A DNA stretch of 63,950 nucleotides, counting the filler, from Barthelona sp. PAP020 (lineage: Eukaryota): NCBI GenBank assembly GCA_040182905.1. It is 10 parts of 10 records of this genome, joined end to end, with 100 filler letters (N's around TTAATTAATTAA, not from the genome) between each part and the next. Parts side by side here need not be neighbours in the genome. Positions count along the whole stretch, not along the records: positions 26,617 to 33,120 come from JARQWU010000546.1; positions 33,221 to 39,718 come from JARQWU010000547.1; positions 39,819 to 46,300 come from JARQWU010000548.1; 7 more parts are not named here. The stretch is one strand, 5' to 3'. Positions 32,236-44,349 of the stretch are shown here, in pieces; position 1 is the first letter of the stretch; each line of letters opens with the position of its first letter. The position numbers and the translations under genes are program-made. The notes below the pieces were generated by a model that was not told the origin of the DNA, searched no databases, and was given only the letters and a program-made list of their open reading frames with translations.

Positions 32236-32898
32236 ATGAATTTCCAACCAGCTACTTATGGTTTCAATATGCAAAATCAACCCATGAATATGATGGGACA
32301 ACAACAATATTATGATCAACAACAACAAGCTTTCAATCAAATGCGTCAAAGATTTGATCCAAATCAATTTATGATTAATATATTTGGGTCATCTCAACCT
32401 CAAGAAATGATGATGCTCCAACAAAAATTTTCTATGATTGATGTTGATGGAAGTGGTGAAATCGAGGTTCCCGAAATTATTCAAGCTTTTTCTACTCCAT
32501 ATTCTCAATTTTCTGAAGAATCTGCAAGAATGTTAATCAGAATATTTGACACAGACAATGGAACAATTAATTTTAATGAGTTTATTTTGATGGATAGATT
32601 TATCACTCGTATTCGTAGTGTGTATACTCAATTTGATCCCACAGGAATGGGTATCCAAGCCTCTATGCTTGGTCAAGCTCTAGCTACTGTTGGATTTGTT
32701 GTCAGTCCTCTTACTTGCCAAAATTTGATAAGAGTGTTTTGCAGAAACAATATGATGACTGTTGATTATCTTACATTTGTGAATATTTGTATCATGACCT
32801 GTTTAGTCCAATCATTGCATGCTAGATTCAGTAATGGTCAACCCAAAGCTTTGTTGTCGAAAGAAGATCTTATGAGTGTTGCAATGTTTTTAAAATAA
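32236..32898 (+). CDS. Penta-EF-hand protein (ALG-2/peflin-like) with Q/M-rich N-terminus
   Basis: DVDGSGEIEVPE EF-hand, FSEESARMLIRIFD, FDPTGMG. Confidence 0.82.
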   Translation: MNFQPATYGFNMQNQPMNMMGQQQYYDQQQQAFNQMRQRFDPNQFMINIFGSSQPQEMMMLQQKFSMIDVDGSGEIEVPEIIQAFSTPYSQFSEESARMLIRIFDTDNGTINFNEFILMDRFITRIRSVYTQFDPTGMGIQASMLGQALATVGFVVSPLTCQNLIRVFCRNNMMTVDYLTFVNICIMTCLVQSLHARFSNGQPKALLSKEDLMSVAMFLK

Positions 32899-33120
32899 AT
32901 TGTTTGTATGTGAATATTATTTATTCTTCTGAGCAAAGTCTTTTGTTTTTCAATAATTTACTATAACATCCATTATTATAAGCTTTTTACTTTTTATACA
33001 TTAATGTATTGAAAATTATGATTGAAAAAGAATGCAAAAGCCCCGTCATAGTGCCATACAATCTATGTTTGAATCAAGAAATTAATCCTTCAACAAACAT
33101 ACGGTCATCAAAACATCTAT

Positions 33121-33220
33121 NNNNNNNNNNNNNNNNNNNNNNNNNNNNNNNNNNNNNNNNNNNNTTAATTAATTAANNNNNNNNNNNNNNNNNNNNNNNN
33201 NNNNNNNNNNNNNNNNNNNN
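33121..33220. other. Artificial contig linker
   Basis: N-TTAATTAATTAA-N. Confidence 0.99.
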
Positions 33221-33280
33221 GTTGGTATTGATTCTTCTGATGCTGGTGCTGAAAATGAAGATGATTATGCTGATTACTAA
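33221..33280 (+). CDS. Probable alpha-tubulin 3' end (fragment at contig start)
   Basis: VGIDSSDAGAENEDDYADY* resembles alpha-tubulin EEVGxDS...Y. Confidence 0.65.
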   Translation, partial: VGIDSSDAGAENEDDYADY

Positions 33281-33752
33281 GCTGTAATGAATAAATATTC
33301 TTTTCAACCCTCTTTTTTTCAAAGTCGTTTTTGATTTTCGTGTGAGGAAAATTAAGAATATTTTTCCCGAAAAATTTAAAATTTGAACCAATTTATTATG
33401 TCTCAAAATAGAATTAAAAGATAAGAAATTTTGACACCTTCATTTTTTTGACAAGCACAAACCTATGGAATATTGGAAAATTTCTGGCATTTATCAAATT
33501 AATGAAATAATGCTGAAAAATATTGCTTACAGCTTTCTATTTTCAACAGGAAGATAAATAAAAAAGTTTGAAAATTACCATCCCATTTTCAATTTATTTT
33601 TCTCATCATTGCAGATATTGCATGTATTTGAAATTTATCAACATTGAAGAAGCAGAAGCCAAAGATTAGAAGGTTGAAAGATCAAGATCACAAAGACCTT
33701 AAGTAACTCAAAACAAAAATCAATTTCTACTTTCGTTTAACAATACATATGT

Positions 33753-34265
33753 TTATTCAAAATCTGAAAAGACTAAAAATGCATTTGGCATCAAATTTCC
33801 ATTGCATAATTCATAATGTTTTTCAAGAAAATTAACCAATCGAAAGGAAGGTCTGTCGTAAGCAACTTCATTTGCTTTTTTATTGATAGTGTTTAAATAA
33901 AGATTCATCAAAGAAACACCAAGCGCTTTTCTTCGAAAGGTCTCATCAACAAAAAAGTCCAATACACAATCAATTCCTTGTTTTTCTATTGGAGCACATT
34001 TATTAGAGTAAATAAACAAATCTTTTTTGCCAGTTTTAAGATATCCAACAGGAATTTTCAATTGTGTGTCATTTGAATTTGTAACAAAACATATCCAAAG
34101 ATCATGTTGATTTTTAACTATAGATTCAAAATCAGTTATTGGATGTTTTAAATTTTGTATGATTTGACTAGATATGAAAAGTTTTTCCAATTCTTCAACC
34201 TGAATATTTGTCAAGTTGTGTTGTTTTAATCTTGAAATATTTAATTGTTCAAATACAAATGTCAT
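33753..34265 (-). CDS. ATAT1: Alpha-tubulin N-acetyltransferase (MEC-17)
   Basis: SQIIQNLKHPIT, GYLKTGKKDLFIY, CVLDFFV...RR..LG, AYDRPS. Confidence 0.9.
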   Translation of the reverse strand: MTFVFEQLNISRLKQHNLTNIQVEELEKLFISSQIIQNLKHPITDFESIVKNQHDLWICFVTNSNDTQLKIPVGYLKTGKKDLFIYSNKCAPIEKQGIDCVLDFFVDETFRRKALGVSLMNLYLNTINKKANEVAYDRPSFRLVNFLEKHYELCNGNLMPNAFLVFSDFE

Positions 34266-34483
34266 ATTACATAAAATGAACTGTAAAAAAAATCATTTTT
34301 CAATCACCCAATTAATATTTGATATAAATGTTGTTTTTGTGATATTAAATATTTAAATATAGTAAAATTTAAGTTCTTTATACAGAGAAATCTGAAAAGA
34401 AAAGAAAATTGATCAACAATGTTTTCATTCAGTTTTACTAAAGATTCATTATTAACATAAAAAACTTAATTTAATTCTTAATA

Positions 34484-35200
34484 ATGCAAATGCAAGGTTA
34501 TGTTGTTAATTTAACACGGGGTACATTTCCATTCAGCATGATTAAACCTTCAACTCAAGAAGAATGGAATGATATACAATTATTTTTGCAAATATATGGA
34601 CAAGATCAAAAATATCCCCAATATTTAACCAGATTTTGGAATAATGAAGTTCAAAATCCAAAAAAATTTTATGATAGTAAAAGAGGAGAAATATTTTTGA
34701 TTAAATTGGGAGAAAACACAATCGGAATCATAGCTTGGGAAAAATTTATGTCTTTAAGACTTGAAACTGAAGGAAACATCGAAATCAAGAGATTATATAT
34801 AATTCCACACAAAAGAAGAAAAGGATATGCAAAGAAAGCTGTTCGGTTCATTATTGCTCGTCTGCAACAAAAAGGTTTCAACAACTTCTTTGTTCATTTC
34901 AAAGAAGACAATCCAATTGCTAAGAGGGTTTTTGATTTTCTGGGCTTCGAAGAATGCTCTATGTTTAAAGCAATGGACACGAGTTCTACACCCACCTGCA
35001 TGAAAATTCAATTGCCTCCGGAGAATTTTGAAGAATTACCTATTGAACAAGAGTTTGAAACAAGTGATTCAAAGACATTAAACAAACAAAGATGGTTGCA
35101 GACAAAGAAAATTGCAGAAATGAATGCTAGATTGTCTGAAACACCTTTTGCTGGTATTGGTAGTGAACATTCTATTCAAGAGGATATGGAAGAATTCTAA
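34484..35200 (+). CDS. GNAT-family acetyltransferase
   Basis: EIKRLYIIPHKRRKGYA acetyl-CoA motif; N..A..VF..LGF. Confidence 0.8.
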   Translation: MQMQGYVVNLTRGTFPFSMIKPSTQEEWNDIQLFLQIYGQDQKYPQYLTRFWNNEVQNPKKFYDSKRGEIFLIKLGENTIGIIAWEKFMSLRLETEGNIEIKRLYIIPHKRRKGYAKKAVRFIIARLQQKGFNNFFVHFKEDNPIAKRVFDFLGFEECSMFKAMDTSSTPTCMKIQLPPENFEELPIEQEFETSDSKTLNKQRWLQTKKIAEMNARLSETPFAGIGSEHSIQEDMEEF

Positions 35201-35265
35201 TATTAACAACAAGAAAGAAAGAAGTAAAATTGAAATGATGAACATAAATATTAAGTTATTTTTAT

Positions 35266-35297
<32 letters not shown>

Positions 35298-35387
35298 ATG
35301 GTCTTATTTCATAATTGTGACAGCATTTTCTCTTTTTCAGTCAAATTTGAAAAGCAAGAAAAAAAAAAAGACAACAAAAAATTAACT

Positions 35388-38300
35388 TTATTTTTGACTT
35401 TTAAAAGTCTTTCTCAACTGTCTAACCTTTAAGGTTAATTCACGAACATTTTTGCTTGGTGTGTTTCGACCAAAAGATGTTGTTAGAGATGTGTCAACAT
35501 TTTCTTTATCAGTTACAGAAGAAGAAGGAATGGGAGTGGAAGAAGGAATGGGTGTTGCTTGAAGGGATTTTTGAATCAATTGTTTTAAAATGTTTTCAAC
35601 TTCTGATTCTTTACTGTACGTAATATTGTTTAAATCTGCTGCTTCAAATACATATTCCTTCAATGCATCAAATCTTTGCAACATATTATCCCGTTCAACT
35701 TTAAAAGCTTCTTCCCTTCGTTCAATTGATTTCCACGCTTCTTCTAGGTCCAATTTTGTTTTTGATAATTCACTTTCAGCATATACAGCAGGATTCAAAC
35801 AAATCTCCAATTCATGAATGTTTTCTTGCAAATCGATGTTTTCTTGTGTTAATTTCTTCAACATTTCACATTTCTCTTCCACTATCTGCTTCATTTCTGT
35901 GTTTATCTGAGAATTCTTATCTAGTAGCTGTTTGTTCACCAAGCTAATATTGAAAACTTCAGCATCTTTTTCTTCAAATTGTTTAGCAAGATCTTGATAT
36001 TGTCTAACAAATGAGTCTTTCTCAGTTTTAATATTGTCCATTTCCAATTGACAATTGACAAGTTTTATCTCAGATTCATTCAGATTTGTCGCTAATTCAT
36101 TCTTTTCATTCACAATTTTATTCAGACTTTGTTGTAGTTCATTAACACGTATTTCCAATTCATTCTTTTCATTCATAAGATTGACAATGTCTTCTTCTTT
36201 GGAAGAATGGGTTTGTTGTAGTTCATTAACACGTATTTCCAATTCATTCTTTTCATTCATTAGATTGACAATGTCTTCTTCTTTGGAAGAATGGGTTTGT
36301 TGTAGTTCATTAACACGCATTTCCAATTCATTCTTTGTACCAACATGTTCAGAAAGCTCTTCTTCAAATTGCATTTTGGAAATTGAAAATGATTTCTTGC
36401 ACTGTTCCAATTCATCAGTTTTTTCTTGTAACAATAATTTCAAGTCGTTTACTTCAATGTTTAATCCATCAATAACTTTATCTTGATCCATTACCACTCG
36501 CTTAAAATTTTCACTGGTTGAGGATAAATCTTTGATCTTTGCTTGTAAATTATCCTTACTAACATATAATTCATTGACAACATCATTAAACTTCTGTAAT
36601 TTATCTGCTGTCTTCATTAATTCTTCTGATTTGAGATCTTTATCTCTTAAAATTTCTTCGTGTTGAATCTTCAATAGATTCCACTGATCACTCACATCCT
36701 TTTTCTCCATTTCCAGTTTATGTACTTGTTTCATCAATATTTCATTGGATTCTCGCATCTTATTATTCTCATCAATCAAATTTTGACCTTCCTTCTCATT
36801 CTCTTGATAGGTTTTGAGTTGATTTTTCAAAGATTGATTTTCCTCGGCTGTATTCAACACTTCATTTTCTAAACGATCATTTTCAACGTATATTTCATTG
36901 TACCTTTCAGTTTGTACTTTCCGTTGACCTTCCAGATCATCATACTGAACCCATAACGTGTCATAATTTTTCTGTAAACTTTTGATAGAATCAACACTTT
37001 TGCTCAATATATCATGCATCGTTTTATAATCAAACAAATCTCCAATTTGAGATAAGATTTTTGAATAAGAATTGTTTTGAGTAGATAGCCTTTGAATGTC
37101 TTGTTCATATTGTCTATTTTCAACTTGAATATTTGATAATTTCTTTTTTACTTCATCGAATTGGTTTAAGACTTCCAATTGTTCTTTCATTTGGTTTTCT
37201 TTAATTTGGAAGTTATTAACAAGTTCTTTCAATTTTTCACATTCTGCGTTACGTTGTTTGATGTCATATATATGCTTATCTAAAAAATTATCCTTTATTT
37301 TCAGCAAAGTATCTTTAGAATGAATTATATCTTTTAACTCTTTGATTTTATTCGTCAACCCTTTATTAAGATTCTTCAAATGATCCATATCATTGGCATA
37401 TCTATTTGTTTCCATTATATAGTTATCTAAATCTCCTCTTAATTTCATGTGCTCCAATTTCATATCTTCAAATTGTCTATTTTTACTTTCAAGGGATTGA
37501 ATATTTTCTGATTTCTCAGATAGTATTGCTTGTAAGTCATTTATTTCAGCTTCAAAATTTTGATTAATTCTTTTTATTTCATTAAAGGAAGAAGTAGTTT
37601 TTTGAAAGTCTTTTGAAATTCTTTCGTTTGCTTTTTGAAAATTTAATATTTGTTGATTTAATTTTTTGATTTCAATTTCTTTTTCATCAATTTTATCTTG
37701 TCTACTGGCAATTGAATCATATAAATCTTTTATTTGTTCATCATTTTCTTTTCGAATACGATCAATTTGTTTAGCAGAAGATAAAGAATTCTCTTCATTC
37801 AAATTTTTTGTTTCAAGTAATTTTTGACTTAAATTCTCAAGTTTATTCAATAAAGTAATGTTTTCTGTGCTTAAACATTGTTTTTCGTTCTTCATAAACG
37901 TTAGATTTTCTTTTGTTGATTCAAAATTATTCCTCAATTGATCAAATTCTTCTAATACATGACTATGTTGAGTTATTTGTTCATTCAATGTGGTAATTTT
38001 AGAATTCAAAGTATCAATAGTGTTAATATATTCATTATTCGTTTTCAATAATTCTTCATTCATTTTTGTTGTCTCATTTATCTTAATTTCAACAAATTTT
38101 AAATTCTTTACTTCATTGAGGAGTTGTTCTTTCTCTATCTTCATGTTATGAATAATAGTTTTGGTTTCTTCTTCAATATCATTGTTTTTACTCATTAATT
38201 TTTTATTTAATTCTTGTAAAGCATCTGTTTCTTCTTCAACCTTGGTCTTTTCACCTAATAAAGAGTGGTTCTCAGTCTTTAAAGTGGAATTTTCTGAAGC

Positions 38301-39424
38301 TAATGCTTGGTTTTCTTCTTCAACCTTGGTCTTTTCACATAATAAAGAGTGGTTCTCAGTTTTTAAAGTGGAATTTTCTGAAGTCAATGCTTGGTTTTCT
38401 TCTTCCAACACTTTCTTGTCAATCAACAAAGAACTTGTCTGACTAGTGGTTGAGTTCTGTTGCACAAAAAGAGATTCGTTCTTTTTCTTCAACTCTTCAT
38501 TTTCAACTTTTAATTCATTTATTTCAAAAAAATAACCGTCAATTTTTGAGTTCAACTCCACATTTCTATTCACAAGCTTATTCTTCTCATCAAACAACTT
38601 TTCAGCAACTATTGTTTTCTCTTTCAACTTATCATTTTCAAAGCTTAACGTTTTTACTTGTTCAAGCAAGCTGTCATTCAATTTACCGAGTTCATGACAT
38701 TTCTTCTCCAAAGCTTCAATCATTTGTATTAATTCATTAATTTTTTCCTGTTGATTAGTTCCATTGATCAACAAACAATCTTTTTCTTTTAATAATGAAG
38801 TAATCTCCTCTTTTAAACGTCGAATTTCAATTTCTTGTTGATTTTGACTATTTTCAAGCTTTTCCTTTAACTCATTTAAATTAACGATTTCTCTATCTTT
38901 CTTATTAATTTCGCCATAAAATTTATCCCTTTCGTTATTATTTTCTTCAAGAATCTGTTTCAATTGATTAATATTATTGGCTTTCTCTTCCAAAGTATTT
39001 TCTAATTTGAGCAAAGAATTCTTCTTTTCTTCTAAAATTGTATTCAAATCTTCAATTTTTTTTTCTAATTCAAAGTTTTGATTTGTCTCTTTTATTGGAT
39101 TGTTTTCTCCCCTTTTATTCAAATCAATTGATGTGTTTTCTTTCTTTTCATTGGATTTCATTGGATTTGAAAGAAAAGAAGTGAAAAAAGATGCAGCACT
39201 TGTCTTTTTAGAATCGGAATCCAAAAGATCTTTCGAATCAAATGATTTAACTCTAGATTCTGGTTGAATTGGTACATTATCTATTTCACTAGGATCTTCT
39301 CGTAATGTATTAAACTATTTTCTTGTTAGTTTCTTTCATTAAATAATAAATATACTGTTTCTATACTTTGTTTTGATTCATGTTCATTATAAAACAGTTT
39401 GTGTTCGGTATCTGTTGGAATCAT
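35388..39424 (-). CDS. Large coiled-coil protein with internal 28-aa repeats; 2 exons
   Basis: About 1330-aa heptad protein; exon 1 (39356-39424) joined through intron 39315-39355. Confidence 0.8.
39315..39355 (-). other. Spliceosomal intron, 41 nt
   Basis: GTATAT...AACTAACAAGAAAATAG; keeps frame to an ATG. Confidence 0.78.
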
Positions 39425-39564
39425 ACCAACCAAAAAATAGAAATGGAATATTTTTCATAGAAACACTTTGTTTTTAATAATTTTCAATTGCACTATTTAT
39501 TTGAACAAACAAAAGAAAAGCTAAGATCTCTTTGAGAAAATGAAACTGATTTTTTTTTTAAATT

Positions 39565-39718
39565 ATGCCTTCCAAAAAAACTAAAAAAGTCACCACGTCA
39601 TCTGAACCTGAACAAGTGACTTTATTTGACGGATATTTTGAGTTTGAAGATGGTTCTAATTACAAAGGACAGTATGTATCCAATAGTGACGGTGAGAATC
39701 AACGTCAAGGGCAAGGTG
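39565..39718 (+). CDS. MORN-repeat protein, 5' fragment
   Basis: FEFEDGSNYKGQY...RQGQG. Confidence 0.7.
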
Positions 39719-39818
39719 NNNNNNNNNNNNNNNNNNNNNNNNNNNNNNNNNNNNNNNNNNNNTTAATTAATTAANNNNNNNNNNNNNNNNNNNNNNNNNN
39801 NNNNNNNNNNNNNNNNNN
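39719..39818. other. Artificial contig linker
   Basis: N-TTAATTAATTAA-N. Confidence 0.99.
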
Positions 39819-39828
39819 TTGATTTTAT

Positions 39829-41187
39829 ATGCCACCAGTTAAGAGAAATCCTATCCTTGAATCTGATGAATCTGATGCTTATGTATCCGATTTTGAAGAT
39901 GAACAAATGGAGTTTGAGCGTAAGGCTGACGAATTCATGCAAAGAATGATTTCTGAACAGAAAATGGCCGATGATGAATTAAAAGCACACGTTGATAGAG
40001 AATTTGATGAAGATTTAGAAGAGGAAGAAAATGATGAAGACATTCCTTTTGGAGAGTCAAGGTTTATTGCAACTGAAGACAGACCATTGTCATCTGATCG
40101 TGAAGCCATTCATGAAAGAATTCAGACTTTAATAAATATTTTGTCACAATTCAAGCAAATGAGTGAACCCGGTGTTTCTAGACAGGCTTATATGAATCAA
40201 TTAAAACAAGATTTAGCTATTTATTATGAATATATTCCTGAACTTATTGAGAGATTTTTGAGTATGTTTTCACCAGCTGAAGCCATTGATTTTATGGAGA
40301 AATCAGAAATGCCTAGACCTGTTATTATTCGTACAAATACTCTGAAGTGCAAAAGACGTGATCTTTTGAATCAACTTAGAAATCGTGGTGTTCATTTGGA
40401 ACCTGTCAAATGGTCAAAAGAAGCAATTCAAGTTTTTGAGTCTCGTGTTCCAATTGGAGCTACGCCAGAATATCTAGCTGGTTTTTATATGCGTCAAACA
40501 GCTGCTTCATTGCTTCCAGTTATTGCATTGGCACCAGAACCTGGTGAAAAATGTTTGGACGTTTGTTCAGCACCCGGAGGTAAGACTGCGCATATGGCAG
40601 CTTTAATGAAAAATACAGGGTTTTTAGTTGCTAATGATCTTTCAAGAGAACGTTTAGTCGCTGTTTCTGGTAATCTTCACAGGTTATCTGTTAGAAACAC
40701 AATGATTATTAATTATGATGGGCGTATGTTGCCGAACGCAATTGGTCCATTCGATAGGATATTGTTGGATGCTCCTTGTTCTGGTTTGGGTGTTATTGAT
40801 AGAGACGCGTCAGTTAAATTGCGCAGAACAGATGATGACATTCACAAAAGATCTCACATTCAAAGACAATTAATTTTGAAAGCTTTTGATTTGTTGAAAG
40901 TCGGAGGCACTTTGGTTTATTCAACATGTTCCATTACAGCTGAAGAAAATGAAGGTCCTGCTTGTTACTTATTGAAAGAAAGGAAAGGTTGTGTCAAATG
41001 TGTTGATACTGGTTTGCCTTTTGGTGACCCGGGTTTTACAAAAACAAAGAACTATAGATTTTTGCCTCAAATGAAATTAGCTAGAAGATATTATCCTCAC
41101 AAACATAATTTACATGGTTTTTTTGTTTGTAAATTTGTCAAAACTAGAAAATTTACTTTATCGAAGAAAGAAGTTCTGGAACAATAA
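39829..41187 (+). CDS. NOP2: rRNA m5C methyltransferase Nop2/NSUN1
   Basis: PIGATPEYLAGFY, LDVCSAPGGKT, FDRILLDAPCSG, VYSTCS, YPHKHNLHGFF. Confidence 0.95.
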   Translation: MPPVKRNPILESDESDAYVSDFEDEQMEFERKADEFMQRMISEQKMADDELKAHVDREFDEDLEEEENDEDIPFGESRFIATEDRPLSSDREAIHERIQTLINILSQFKQMSEPGVSRQAYMNQLKQDLAIYYEYIPELIERFLSMFSPAEAIDFMEKSEMPRPVIIRTNTLKCKRRDLLNQLRNRGVHLEPVKWSKEAIQVFESRVPIGATPEYLAGFYMRQTAASLLPVIALAPEPGEKCLDVCSAPGGKTAHMAALMKNTGFLVANDLSRERLVAVSGNLHRLSVRNTMIINYDGRMLPNAIGPFDRILLDAPCSGLGVIDRDASVKLRRTDDDIHKRSHIQRQLILKAFDLLKVGGTLVYSTCSITAEENEGPACYLLKERKGCVKCVDTGLPFGDPGFTKTKNYRFLPQMKLARRYYPHKHNLHGFFVCKFVKTRKFTLSKKEVLEQ

Positions 41188-41309
41188 ATACGATTTATTT
41201 ATAAATTTTTAGTCTGATTTTTATTACACTTTCTGATGTTTTTTCAACGGCGCTTGAAGAAATCATTTTGAATATTTTTTTTTTTTCCATTTAAAGGTTA
41301 CTTTTTTGG

Positions 41310-42959
41310 ATGATCGCAGCAACACCATTAGCTATTTCGAAGAGCCTTAGAGCACCTAATGCTAATTCATTGCTGTTCTCTAATGTTGCAAAAAGAAATC
41401 GGGAAAAAGTGAATTTTGAACAAATGGAAGTTGTTCCAAAACCAAAAATTAAAGAATTAAAATCTAATAATGTTTCTAATGATGCCCGAATTAATTTATC
41501 GCTTGAAAGACGAATTTCTTTATTGGCAAAACCTAAAAAAGAAAAGTATGATGAGTTAATGAAATTAAAAGCTGCTCAGGAGCTAGAAGAAATCGAGAAA
41601 AATTGCTCATTTCATCCAACGATAACCAGTCATCCTATTCAAAACAGAAGAGCAAAACATTCTGTAGAGGATCGCTTATTTAGAGAAGCTGCACATCGTG
41701 AAATGGAGAGAAATAAACTAAAAAGGAACTATGAAGATACTGTCTTGGACAGTTATGCTTTTACACCTCGAATAAACCAAAACACTAAAACTCTTTTAAA
41801 TGAAGATTATAAGCCTTTGCATGAACGTCTATATGAATTAACAAAAGAAAGCGAGAAGAAACAACATGATTTATTGAAAAGAAAACGCGCTGAAGAAAAA
41901 CCCAGTTTTCATCCATCCCTGTCCATTAACACAAACAAATATGTGAGAAATGATGAAAATGTTATGGATAGACTTGCAAAGACTGAAACGATACGTGAAC
42001 AGAAAATGGCTGAGACCAAAAGAAGAGTTGAAGCAGAGAAATTTGAAGAGTGTACATTTCAACCATCTATTAGTGAAGTTTCTAGAAGTTTATCTGGGAA
42101 TTTTACTTTTGAAGAACGACTAAATCGTCATTACAAGTCAAAACAATATAACACCAAAGTTAATTCACTTGAAAACCAAGAAACCTATACGTTTAAGCCA
42201 AAAATATCTTCATCATCAAGAGCAATGACTCAAAATCAAACTCAAAATGTGGTTGAAAGGTTGACAACACCGAAAAGAAAAGTAAAAAATATTGTGGGAC
42301 AAGATTCTCCCTCTTTTCAACCAGAAATCAATAAAAGGAGCTCAGCATTTGTTGAAACTAAATCTCGAAAGAATATTCATGAACATTTGTATAATCAAAC
42401 AAAGATACAGAAGAGAAATAAACATTTATTGAAAGAAAAAATGGAAAAATCAAATTCAAGTTCATTCAAACCTGATTTGAGTCAAACTAAAGAAAAGAAT
42501 ATTGACACTTCAAAATTTTCACTGTTTTCTGGTTCTAACAGCGTTATGGAAAAGATAAAAAAAATGGCCGAGGAAAAAGAACAATGGATAGCCAAAGAAA
42601 AAACAAAACATGATCAAGATGAATTGGAAAATTGTTCATTTGAACCTCATTTTTATGAAAAACAAGAATTGAGTGATAAACCAGTTTTGGTCAGAGGTTT
42701 AAATCATTATTTAACCAGAAAAGAAAAAGGTAGACAAAAAATTAAAGAAAAAGAAGAAATTGAAAACAAGGTGTTTATGAAAGATATAATCAACAAACCT
42801 ACATACAACATTGACAAACCTCAAGTGTTTCCCCTTTCGGTTTCCAAAAATACTACAAAAATGATGCCTCAATCTTCAAAAACAATGAATTTATTATTTC
42901 CCACACCCAAAAAATTAATCAACAAAAGACAGATTGAAGAAAATGTACATAGTCAATAA
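41310..42959 (+). CDS. Basic protein with repeated (C/P)(T/S)FxPxI motifs, probably cytoskeletal
   Basis: CSFHPTI, YAFTPRI, PSFHPSL, CTFQPSI, YTFKPKI, PSFQPEI, SSFKPDL, CSFEPHF. Confidence 0.7.
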   Translation: MIAATPLAISKSLRAPNANSLLFSNVAKRNREKVNFEQMEVVPKPKIKELKSNNVSNDARINLSLERRISLLAKPKKEKYDELMKLKAAQELEEIEKNCSFHPTITSHPIQNRRAKHSVEDRLFREAAHREMERNKLKRNYEDTVLDSYAFTPRINQNTKTLLNEDYKPLHERLYELTKESEKKQHDLLKRKRAEEKPSFHPSLSINTNKYVRNDENVMDRLAKTETIREQKMAETKRRVEAEKFEECTFQPSISEVSRSLSGNFTFEERLNRHYKSKQYNTKVNSLENQETYTFKPKISSSSRAMTQNQTQNVVERLTTPKRKVKNIVGQDSPSFQPEINKRSSAFVETKSRKNIHEHLYNQTKIQKRNKHLLKEKMEKSNSSSFKPDLSQTKEKNIDTSKFSLFSGSNSVMEKIKKMAEEKEQWIAKEKTKHDQDELENCSFEPHFYEKQELSDKPVLVRGLNHYLTRKEKGRQKIKEKEEIENKVFMKDIINKPTYNIDKPQVFPLSVSKNTTKMMPQSSKTMNLLFPTPKKLINKRQIEENVHSQ

Positions 42960-43022
42960 AAAAATATTTTTAATTTGCGCCATTTTTTTTTTTAAATTAT
43001 TTGTTCTTTGTTGTGTTTGACA

Positions 43023-43265
43023 TTACAAAGAAATTTCGGCATTCACATAAAACCAATCTTTTTCTTTTTCATCTTTCAAAATCGTTTCAAGATTGTTTAA
43101 CAAAGCATTGGTATGTTGATACAGAATTTTTGTTCGTTCAGCTTCTTCTTCCTGTTCTGTTAAATTACTCAAATAATCATTCAATTTGCTCTTCAAATCA
43201 GTTTTTGAATTCATCTCAAGTTCGAAATCGCTGTCGAACATACTATTATTATAAAAACTATTCAT
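43023..43265 (-). CDS. Small hypothetical coiled-coil protein
   Basis: 80-aa ORF from ATG 43265, preceded by a T-tract. Confidence 0.5.
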   Translation of the reverse strand: MNSFYNNSMFDSDFELEMNSKTDLKSKLNDYLSNLTEQEEEAERTKILYQHTNALLNNLETILKDEKEKDWFYVNAEISL

Positions 43266-43436
43266 GAACAAAAAAAAAAAGAAAAAAAAGGAGGAAAAGA
43301 AATGTAAAAAGTAGTAAGTGTTTATTAATTTACACATCCTTTGACAATAATCTAAAATGTTTCACTATATTTCCTTTTTTTTACAAAAAAACAAAAGAAA
43401 AAAAACTTTCACTATACACTTTATGTTTATTTGTTA

Positions 43437-43988
43437 TTATTGAGTATCCTCATACGAGACCACTCTTCCGTCTAACTTCTTCAATTGAGGAATACGTCTC
43501 AAAATTTCATTTCTCCAGTCATTACCCAAAGCATCAGCAATTGGGTTGCCTCGCATATCTAATTCTTCCAAATTTTGTAAATCAACAAGTTTATCAACTT
43601 CTTGTAAATTGGAAATACGATTACAAGCAATTGATAAGACTTTTAAATTTTGACAACGAGAAAGACCACCCAATCTTTCAATCATATTATGACTGATCCA
43701 AAGTTCTTCCAAAGTGTTAGAAATTGGTTCCAAACCACTTAAGACTTTTATCGAATTTCTACCCAAACTTAAAATTTTCAGATTATCCAATCCTTGCAAA
43801 TTGCCAATTCTTTCAATATTATTAGTTGACAAACTTAATTTCTTGCAATTAGAAAGACGGTTTAAAGAACTGTCCATCTTGTCAATGGCAGGCAACAAAC
43901 CAATCAATAAAACTTCTTCTAATTCTGTTGCTGGTGTTTCTAACTTTTGTTCTAGTCTTTTTAATGCGTCTGAACACTTTGTTGCCAT
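43437..43988 (-). CDS. DNAL1: Outer-arm dynein light chain 1 (LRR)
   Basis: IDKMDSSL..L..CKKLSLSTNNIERI, LKILSLGRN, LEELWISHN, LKKLDG. Confidence 0.95.
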   Translation of the reverse strand: MATKCSDALKRLEQKLETPATELEEVLLIGLLPAIDKMDSSLNRLSNCKKLSLSTNNIERIGNLQGLDNLKILSLGRNSIKVLSGLEPISNTLEELWISHNMIERLGGLSRCQNLKVLSIACNRISNLQEVDKLVDLQNLEELDMRGNPIADALGNDWRNEILRRIPQLKKLDGRVVSYEDTQ

Positions 43989-44349
43989 ATGGTAATCAAA
44001 GTTTTTGATGAAAAAAAAAAGGAAAGGTCATTTAGTTTTGTTGAACTTTTTAAACCTTGCGTTTTCAAAATTTTATATTTTCGGCAATTGTGAACTGTAT
44101 ATTTTCAATATTACAAAGAACAAATTAGAAAAAGGATTGAATGGACGTATTTTGGATTGTTTAAAGGGCTTCCACTCAATTTGCGAAGGTGCAAATATTA
44201 ATTGAAAATAAAAACAAAAGTAAAAGATTTACGAATACCTATAAATTACTGCCAAATTCAAATGATGACAAAATAATAATATTGAACAACTACTGTACAT
44301 AACAATGCTATCTGAATACTTGAAAAAGCAACAACAATCTTTTTTGAAA

